DNA of 64,000 bases, from positions 173,850,001 to 173,914,000 of the forward strand of contig NC_058368.1 in assembly GCF_018350175.1 (NCBI RefSeq), read 5' to 3'. A program made the translations under genes and the position numbers. The notes below the pieces were generated by a model, which did no database searches, was not told the origin of the DNA, and saw nothing but the letters and a program-made list of their open reading frames with translations. This document shows, one piece after another, positions 54,340-64,000 of the stretch (its first letter is position 1; each line of letters opens with the position of its first letter). The stretch is from Felis catus. Its lineage: Eukaryota.

Positions 54340-57318
54340 TTTTTATTTTATTTTATTGTTTATTTTTAAAAATTTACATCCAAATTAGCATATAGTGAAA
54401 CAATGATTTCAGGAGTAGATTCCTTAATGCCCCTTACCCATTTAGCCCATCCCCCCTCCCACAACCCCTCCAGCAACCCTGTTTGTTCTCCATATTTATG
54501 AGTCTGTTCTGTTTTGTCCCCCTCCCTGTTTTTATATTATTTTTGTTTCCCTTCCCTTATATTCATCTGTTTTATCTCTTAAAGTCCTTATATGAGTGAA
54601 TTCATATGATTTTTGTCTTTCTCTGACTAATTTCACTTAGCATAATGCCCTCCAGTTCCATCCACGTAGTTGCAAATGGCAAGATTTCATTCTTTTTGAT
54701 TGCCGAGTAATACTCCATTGTGCATATATACACCACATGTTCTTTATCCATTCATCCATCGATGGACATTGGGGCTCTTTCCATACTTTGGCTATTGTTG
54801 ATAGTGCTGCTATAAACATGGGGGTGCATGTGTCCCTTCGAAACAGCACACCTGTATCCTGTGGATAAATGCCTAGTACTGCAATTGCTGGGTCGTAGGG
54901 TAGTTCTATTTTTAGTTTTTTGAGGAACCTCCATACTGTTTTCCAGAGTGGCTGCACCAGCTTGCATTCCCACCAACAATGCAAAAGAGTTCCTCTTTCT
55001 CCACATCCTTACCAACATCTGTTGTTGCCTGAGTTGTTAATGTGAGCCATTCTGACAGGTGTGAGGTTGTATCTCATGTGGTTTTGATTTGTATTTCCCT
55101 GATGATGAGTGATGTTGAGTATTTTTTCATGTGTTGGTTGGCCATCTGGATGCCTTCTTTGGAGAAGGGTCTATTCATGTCTTTTGCCCATTTCTTCACT
55201 GGATTATTTGTTTTTTTGGGTGTTGAGTTTGAGAAGTTCTTTATAGATTTTGGATACTAGCCCTTTATCTGATATATCATTTGCAAATATCTTCTCCCAT
55301 TCTATCGGTTGCCTTTTAGTTTTGCTGATTGTTTCCTTCGCTGTGCAGAAACTTATTATTTTGATGAGGTCCCAGTAGTTCATTTTTGCTTTCCCTTGCC
55401 TCCGGAGACGTGTTGAGTAAGAAGTTGCTCTGGCCAGATCAAAGAGGTTTTTGCCTGCTTTCTCCTTGAGGATTTTGATGGCTTCCTGTCTTACATTTAG
55501 GTCTTTCATCCATTTTGAGTTTATTTTTGTGTATGGTGTAAGAAAGTGGTCCAGGTTCATCTTTCTGCAGGCTTCTGTCCAGTTTTCCCAGCACCACTTG
55601 CTGAAGAGACTGTCTTTATTCCATTGGATATTCTTTCCTGCTTTGTCAAAGATTAGTTGGCCATATGTTTGTGGGTCCATTTCTGTGTTTTGTATTGTGT
55701 TCCATTGATCTGAGTGTCTGTTCTTGTGCCAGTACCATACTGTCTTGATGATTACAGCTTTGTAGTATAGATTGAAGTCTGGGATTGTGATGCCTCCTGC
55801 CTTGGTTTTCTTTTTCAAGATCGCTTTGGCTATTCGGGGTCTTTTCTGGTTCCATACAAATTTTAGGATTATTTGTTCTAGCTCTGTGAAGAATGTTGGT
55901 GTTACTTTGATAAGGATTGCATTGAATATGTAGATTGCTTTGGTTAATATCGACATTTTAACAATATTTGTTCTTCCTATCCAGGAGCATGGAATCTTTT
56001 CCCATTTTTTGGTGTCTTCTTCAATTTCTTTCATAAGGTTTCTATAGTTTTCAGTGTCTAGATTTTTCACCTCTTCAGTTAGATTTATTCCTAGGTATTT
56101 TATGGTTTTTTGTGCAACTGTAAATGGGATCGATTCCTTGATTTCTCTTTCTGTTGCTTCATTGTTGGTGTATAGGAATGCAATTGATTTCTGTGCATTG
56201 ATATTATATCCTGCAACAGTGCTGAATTTATGAATCAATTCTAGCAGTTTTTAGGTGGAATCTTTTGGGTTTTCCATATAGAGTATCATGTCATCTGTGA
56301 AGAGTGAAAATTTGACCTCGTCCTGGCTGATTTGGATGCCTTTTATTTCTTTGTGTTGTCTGATTGCTGAGGCTGACTTCCAATACTATGTTGAATAACA
56401 GTGGTGAGAGTGGACATCCCTGTCTTGTTCCTGACCTTAGGGGAAAAGCTGTCAGTTTTTCACCATTGAGGATGATATTAGCGTTGGGTCATTCATATAT
56501 GGCTTTTATGATCTCGAGGTATGCTCCTTCTATCCCTACTTTCTTGAGGGTTTTTATCAAGAAAGGATGCTGTGTTTTGTCAAATGCTTTCTCTGCATCT
56601 ATTGAGAGGATCATGTGGCTCTTGTCCTTTCTTTTATTGATGTGATGAATCACGTTAATTGTTTTGTGGATATTGAACTAGCCCTGCATCCCAGGCATAA
56701 ATCCCGCTTGGTCGTGGTGAATAATTTTTTTAATGTATTCTTGGATCTGGTTGGCTAATATCTTGTTGAGGATTTTTACATCCATGTTCATCAGGGAAAT
56801 TGGTTTATAGTTCTCCTTTTTAGTGGGGTCTTTGTCTGGTTTTGGAATCAAGGTTATGCTGGCTTCATACAAAGAGTTTGGAAATTTTCCTTCCATTTCT
56901 ATTTTTTGGAACAGCTTCAAGAGAATAGGTGTTAACTCTTCCTTAAATGTTTGATAGAATTCCCCTGGAAAGCCATCTGGCCCTAGACTCTTGTTTTTTG
57001 GTAGACTTTTGATTATTAATTCGATTTCCTTACTGGTTATGGGTCTGTTCCAATTTTCTATTCCTGTTTCAGTTTGGTAGTATATATGTTTCTAGGAATT
57101 TGTCCATTTCTTCCAGATTACCCATTTTATTGGCGTATAATTGCTCATAATATTCTCTTATTATTGTTTTTATTTCTGCTGTGTTGGTTGTGGCCTCTCC
57201 TCTTTCATTCTTGATTTTATTTATTTGGGTCCTTTCCTTTTTCTTTTTGATCAAACTGGCTAGTGGTTTATCAATTTTGTTAATTCTTTTAAAGAACCAG
57301 CTTCTCGTTTCATTGATC
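54340..57318 (-). mobile_element. 5'-truncated felid L1 (ORF2 3' half plus 3' UTR)
   Basis: ORFs 57069..57320, 56678..56920, 55204..56238 and 54637..54984 translate to L1 ORF2; T-rich tail at ~54340; 3' UTR closely resembles that of the 25804-32756 copy. Confidence 0.95.
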
Positions 57319-57369
57319 AAGAGTAATTTTCAATTAAAAACTTACATATGAAAAAATATGTGAACATGT

Positions 57370-58075
57370 GAATCAAAACTACTTCACACCCATTATGATG
57401 ACTGTTATTAAAATAAAATGGAAAACACGTTTTGGCGAGGATGTGGAGAAATTGGAACCCTTGCTCATTGGTGATGGGAATGTAAAATGGTGCACCTGCT
57501 GTGGACAACATTTTGGCAGTTCCTCAAAAAGTTAGACATAGAATTACCATATGATCCAGCAATTCTATTCCTTTACCCAAAAGCATTGAAAGCAGGGACA
57601 CAAATAGATACTTATCCACGTATCTTCATAGCAACAGTATTCATGATAGAGACACAGGTAGAAATAACCTCTGTCCGTTGACAGTTGAAGGGATAATCAA
57701 AATAGAATTCTATTCAGACTTAAAAAGGATGGAAATCATGACAAAAGATATAACATGGAGGAAACTTGAGGACACCATGCTAAATGAAACAAGCTAGTCG
57801 CAAAAAGACAAATATTGTATGAGTCTACTTATATAAGTTACTTAGGCAAATTCATAGAAATAGAAAATAGAATGGGGTTATCAGGGGCTGGGGGGGGAGG
57901 GGGAATGGGTGTTATTCAATAGGTACAGAGTTTCTGTTGGGAAGACGAAAAAGTTCTAGAGATGGATAGTGGTGATGGCTGCACAATATTGTGACTATAT
58001 ATTAATTCCATTGTATTCTGCACTTATAAATGGTTAGAATAGTAAATGTTATGTATATTTTACCACAATAAGTAT
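57370..58075 (+). mobile_element. L1MB-type 3' end
   Basis: ORF 57487..57681 ([17 protein letters not shown]); terminal GGATAGTGGTGATGGCTGCACAA...GTATATTTTACCACAAT typical of L1MB 3' UTRs. Confidence 0.8.
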
Positions 58076-61000
58076 ATGTGAATATTTTCCTTTTATTAAA
58101 AAATCAAAACATTATGGACAACATCAGAGGCCCCTTTGACCACGTCCACTATCCTGATCCCAATTCCCCTCTTCATTGTTTTGTGTTTTCTCCTCTAGAG
58201 TTTTTCTGTATATTTGCCTGGATTTATATATACTTAGCAAAATGACATATATTTTTAGCTTTAGCCGAAGAACATGTCTGCCTTGGCATGGAGATTTGAA
58301 ACCATCACTTGCAGTAAAAATGTTCTAAGCAGTAGGACTTTCTGCCTTATTAATGGGGATTTTTTTGTGTGTGGATATACATTTTTAAATGTTTTTATTT
58401 ATTTTTGAGACAGAGAGAGACAGAGCATGAGCGGGGAAGGCGCAGAGAGAGAGGGAGACACAGAATCCGAAACAGGCTCCAGGCTCTGAGCTGTCAGCAC
58501 AGAGCCCGACGCGGGGCTCGAACTCACAGACCGTGAGATCATGACCTGAGCCGAAGTCGGCCGCTTAACCCACTGAGCCACCCAGGCGCCCCTGGATATA
58601 CATTTTTTAAAAAGTTGTGTTTTTCTCTCATTTTTCTTTTTTTCATTATATGGTGTTTCAGGGAATATGGCCAGAGTCGCAAAAGATGAGTCCGCAAACA
58701 AAATGCAGTTAAGTGAAAGTCCTCATACTTGAGTAGGAATGAGGCCCCAACTCTAGAATGGAGCTTCTTTTTGTTAGGATAATTGCTAACGACTACGTGC
58801 ATAAAGTCAGCTAAGCAAGTGTGTTAATCAATTTAATGGTTTAGGTTTCCAAGGTTGAATTTTGAGTTAATTGGTGTCTACAACACTAGGAAGGGTTAGG
58901 TGTGAAGGGGGATCAGGCCCTGGACAATGTTAATGGCTGCGTAAACATGTCCTAAGGCCTTGCACCTTCTCCAGCCCTTCCCTTTTGAAGTCTTTTCCTC
59001 TGATGCTTCTCTCCTGCATCTCCCACAATATGGCAGGGTCAGTGCCTACCGAGCTGCTTTTGTTATCCCACAGCTAGCCAGCTCAGATTTCTCCCATGCC
59101 TTAGAGAACACTTCGTCTTTCCTGATGGACTCCAGGTATAAACCCCCAGTTTCAGGTCACTCCTAGCTTTCCCACTGGACTGCTTTAGTAGGCAGCCCCT
59201 CAGTGCTGCCTACTAAATACATAACTTTATTTAAATAATTTTCTTATCTTTTCCCCTTTTCCAGCCCTGTTTCTAATTTGCTGAGATATCAAGTAGGGCC
59301 AAATCTTTATAAAAATTTTGTTTTATCCTCTATGTTTAAGGATGATACATCCTCATTTTGAGAAAATTAAAGCAATTTAGAATGGTTCTAAAACAATGTG
59401 CAACCACATCACACTTTGATAACTTTTCTAGACATCTCTGAATGGTGAATACCCACAGGTGCAAACCACACAATTTTAGACAAATAGGATCATACTATGC
59501 ACATTGTATTGCAGTTGGCTTTCTTAAAAAAATATGTCCTTAAAGTTTTCTGTGGCAGTGGATATAGATTCACATTATCCATTTTACTGGCTCAAAATAT
59601 TTTAAAAATAGTATGACATTGTTTTCTTATTTAATAGAAAAGCACAAAGAAACAAAAAAGTGTATCACGTTCTCTCAACCCTGATAGCCTACACTGAACA
59701 GTTTGTAAAATTAAAAACACATCTGTGAGATTAGGAAATTCATGCTACAAAAAGTTACAAAATAAAAAGTGAAAGTTGAGAGCCACCCACACTTTCCTAC
59801 TTTATTCTTCCCAAGGATAAATGCCTTTAATTTCTAGTGAATCCTTCAAAACATGCAAAATCACTTACATATATGTATTTCTATCTTTCTAATTTTTGTT
59901 TTTTTTTAAAATACAAAACAGATCACTATATAGAGTTATTTACGTTGCTTTTTTGTTTTGTTTGTTGTATTTGGGGGATCATTCCTTAACTGCAAGGTAA
60001 ATGTATCTTTTGAACAGCTGCGTAAAAAGTCATTTGTTAGGATGTGCCATAATTTACTTAGTTCCCTGTGATGGATATTCTGATTGTTTCCAGGGTTTTG
60101 CTTGTTTATTATGCAGTTTTGATTCTACTATTATCAATAATGTTGCAAAAACATCTTTGTACTTATCTTAACAAGTCCTGCCAGCATATCCATAGAGAAA
60201 ATCTTAAGCATTGGGGATTGGATTACAGGGTGTATGTGTTTTACATGTTGGTAGAAATCGCCAAATCATCATCCAGAAAGGTTACACCAAATACCATTAC
60301 AACAAAAGTGTTTGAGAGTGCTTGTTTCCTAAAATTCCACAAGCGTTAGTTATCAGGCTTTTTAGGTGTTGCCAATCAAATAAATTAAAATTATTATCTT
60401 GTTCTGATTTGCATTTACTTTATTACGAATGAAGTTGAGATAGTTTTGAAATGTTCGTTGGCTGTTTGTAGTTTTTTCCTTGAAACTGTTCATACATTCA
60501 CTGTATTTTTTTCCTCCTAGGCTGTTCATCTTTTTTAATAACTGTCACTAGAATTTGTGTGAATAGATAACTTTTATTGAGCAAGGTATTGCATTGCTTG
60601 GATAATTTATTCAACTAATTACCTAATAATGAACAGTTAGAATGTTTAGAATATCACACTACAGTTTCAAGCTTCATGTACTTGCAACTTTATGCTCTGA
60701 ATAAAATATGTCTTTAAGTTAGATTTCCAGAAGTAGAATTGCTGGTTTAAAGCCCAATTCCTTGTCAAAACTTTCAAAATAGCATTGTTTGATGGGGGAA
60801 TAGTCCAAGTTAGGGAGTGGGAGCAAAGAAAGAGGCACTAAATAGGAGATCCTGATTGCAAGGCTAATCTGCTCTAAATTAGAATTGAACTAAAAGGCTA
60901 ATTGGTGATGTTATCATCCTAGCTGCTTTCATCAATAAGTTTCTTAAAATCCTGAATCTCCTTTGCTATTTGGTGTCTCCTGGGCGTCTGCAAATTCTCT

Positions 61001-62759
61001 GGAAGGAAAAAAAGAAAAAATGTCATTTTCAAGTGAAATAATAGTATTCAAACATAATCATAAGCACATTTTGAATCATTGTATGGCCATGCAATTTTAA
61101 TGTTGGCTTTACATTTCTGTTTACAATTATCTGGGTGGTGCACATGGTTTAAAGGAACATTTGGCCTTAAGGTAATTTATGAATTTAAATTGATTGGAGG
61201 AAAGTAGTGGGAGACTTGAATAAGGTTACCTATAGGACTGGTTCAGTTTAAGAACCCAAGTTCAAGCTGAGTTCAAGAGAAGCTGTGCACAAGGCAATCC
61301 ATTAAATTAGGATAATTTAGGAAGTGATTTGGGGGAGCATGAATTGCATAAATCTTGTCTTTGTACCTAATAACTTTTTCATTAGCAGGTAGTATAGTAG
61401 AAAATACAGAGCTAAGAGATTTACATTTCTGATTGGAGCTATAATTGGACTAGGATACCAGTTCAGGCCAAATTGCATTAATGACCACAATGCCAACCTT
61501 AGTTTTACAGGGGTTATTAGGTAACACTATGTTAAACCAGGCATTCCAGGATTACTTGGGCAGTATGAGGTCTGCCTTGGTATCTGCAAAGTTAAGAAGT
61601 GAAGTTATTCTCACCACTTTGTGCAATATTATTACCTGAACAGACATTTTGTGCATTCATATTTTTGACAGACAAAATCAAATAGGCAAAAATTGGTTTT
61701 CTCTCATTTTTTGTTCTAATATGCATTTATTATGAATATACATATACACACATATAATGTTAATAATGTTAATCTATTTTCTTTTTTTTTTTTAACCAGT
61801 GTTACTTTTTTTTAATGTTTATTTTTGAGAGAGAGAGAGAGAGAGATTGAAAGAGAGAACATGATTAGGCAAGGGTCAGAGAGAGAGGGAGATACAGAAT
61901 CCGAAGCAGGCTCCAGGTTTTGAGCTGTCAGCGCAGAGCCTGATATGGGGCTCTAGCTCACAAATGAGAGATCATGACCTGAGCCGAAGTCAGACGCTTA
62001 ACTGAGTCACTCAGGCACCCCTCCAGTGTTACTTTCTTTTGAAAACAATCCAAGATAAAGATCTGCCATTTAAATTTTCTATTGTCTTTGTTACCTCCAC
62101 AAGTATATTCAGTTTTACATATTTACAACAATGTTATAGCTAGAGTTTTGAATTTTACATTTCATTTAACATATACCATAATTATTTTCCCATTTTGTTC
62201 ATCTGTTTTTATTCTTAATGTTTATTTATTTTTGAGAGAGAGACGACAGAGTGCAAGCAGGGGAGGGTCAGAGAGAGCGGGAGACACAGAATCCGAAGCA
62301 GGCTCCAGGCTCTGAGCTGTCAGCACAGAGCCTGACGCAGGGCTCAAACATGAATGGGGAGTTTGTGACCTGAGCCACATGTGACCTCATGTGACCTCAT
62401 GTGACCACATGTGGGGAGTTTGTGACCTGAGTCAGATGCTTAACCGACTGAGCCACCCAGGCACCCCAATCTGTTTTTATTCTGATTTTCTGTTGCTTCA
62501 TGCATTTTCCCTTGACCACCATCATGTAACCAGTGTTTGCGTAGGTGTGTGAGTCCACACATTTTTCTCCATAACTATGTAAGCATTTACAAAGATAGAG
62601 AGATACATGCATACACATATAAATAAATATATAAAATATATATTAAAAGATTGTTAATTGTCATTTACTTTTACAGAAGTATGGTCATAAATTATATCTA
62701 TTTCTCAGTTACATCCTTTCTTGTTTAATTCATTAGGGCAGCCGGACAGATCAACTTGA

Positions 62760-64000
62760 TTTTTTTTTAATATGAAATATATTGTCAAATTGGTTTCCAT
62801 ACAACACCCAGTGCTCATCCCAACAGGTGCCCTCCTCCATGCCCATCACCCACTTTCCCCTCCCGCCTACCCACCATCAACCCTCAGTTTATTCTCAGTT
62901 TTTAAGAGTCTCTGATGGTTTGCCTCCCTCCCTCTCTCTTTTTTTTTTCTTCCCTTCCCCTCTTCCATGGTCTTCTGTTAAGTTTCTCAGGATCCACGTA
63001 AGAGTGAAAACATATGGTATCTGTCTTTCTCTGTATGACTTATTTCACTTAGCATAACACTCTCTAGTTCCATCCACGTTGCTACAAAAGGCCATATTTT
63101 ATTCTTTCTCATTGCCAAGTAGTATTCCATTGTATATATAAACCACAATTTCTTTATCCATTCATCAGCTGATGGACATTTAGGCTCTTTCCATAATTTG
63201 GCTATTGTGGAAAGTGCTGCTATAAACATTGGGGTACAAGTGCCCCTATGCATCAGCACTCCTGTATCCCTTGGGTAAATTCCTAGCAATGCTATTGCTG
63301 GGTCATAGGGTAGGTCTATTTTTAATTTTTTGAGGAACCTCCACATTCCAGAGTGGCTGCACCAGTTTGCGTTCCCACCAACAGTGCAAGAGGGTTCCTG
63401 TTTCTCCATATCCTCTCCAGCATCTATAGTCTCCTGATTTTAGCCACTCTGACTGGCGTGAGGTGGTATCTCAGTGTGGTTTTGATTTGTATTTCCCTGA
63501 TGAGGAGTGATGTTGAACATCTTTTCATGTGCCTGTTAGCCATTTGGATGTCTTCTTTGGAGAAGTGTCGATTCATGTTTTCTGCCCATTTCTTCACTGG
63601 ATTATTTGTTTTTCGGGTGTGGAGTTTGGTGAGTTCTTTATGGATTTGGATACTAGCCCTTTGTCCGATATGTCGTTTGCAAATATCTTTTCCCATTCCG
63701 TTGGTTGCCTTTTAGTTTTGCTGATTGTTTCCTTTGCAGTGCAGAAGCTTTTTTCTTCATAAGGTCCCAGTAGTTCATTTTTGCTTTTAATTCCCTTGCC
63801 TTTGGAGATGTGTCAAGTAAGAAATTGTTGCGGCTGAGGTCAGAGAGGTTTTTTTCCTGCTTTCTCCTCTAGGGTTTTGATGGTTTCCTGTCTCACATTC
63901 AGGTCTTTATCCATTTTGAGTTTATTTTTGTGAATGGTGTAAGAAAGTGGTCTAGTTTCATTCTTCTGCATGTTGCTGTCCAGTTCTCCCAGCACCATTT
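62760..64000 (-). mobile_element. Felid L1 3' end with a different 3' UTR, running off the window
   Basis: ORF 62987..63409 ([24 protein letters not shown]...WMELESVMLSEIS) is the ORF2 C-terminus; poly-T at 62760. Confidence 0.93.

Noticed and set aside
55204..56238. 344-aa ORF as a possible gene or active retroelement
   Set aside because: Fragment of L1 ORF2 in a 5'-truncated, frameshifted copy
58600..61750. Possible neighbouring gene exons in the less repetitive upstream region
   Set aside because: No recognisable translation or convincing exon with paired splice sites; partly ancient L1-like relic

Overview
This window is mammalian genomic DNA, almost certainly from a cat-family animal (Felidae), judged by the many SINEC_Fc-type tRNA-derived SINEs and felid-type L1s. 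The species cannot be determined. The only supported protein-coding gene is the 5' part of SIMC1 (SUMO-interacting motif-containing 1) on the minus strand. It has a CpG-island promoter at ~46.9-48.0 kb and four coding exons: exon 1 (47589-47461), exon 2 (11949-10480, with SIM motifs and 21-bp/7-aa tandem repeats), exon 3 (6607-6375) and exon 4 (5630-5561). Intron 1 is 35.5 kb, and the remaining exons lie beyond position 1. All junctions are GT-AG and keep the frame. Most of the rest is interspersed repeat: about 40 SINEs, nested L1s (including a dead full-length copy with a 13-bp target-site duplication, TSD), MER21/MLT-type LTRs, MER5A/MER20/Tigger-type DNA transposons, and MIR and L2 relics. 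Repeat family names are from recognition, not a database search, and repeat boundaries are approximate unless a TSD is given. I find no convincing undescribed biological system. The best leads are a strong-Kozak out-of-frame upstream ORF overlapping the SIMC1 start, the exon-2 coding minisatellite, an atypical 3'-truncated and inverted L1 insertion with target deletion, and inverted L1 copies flanking the promoter.
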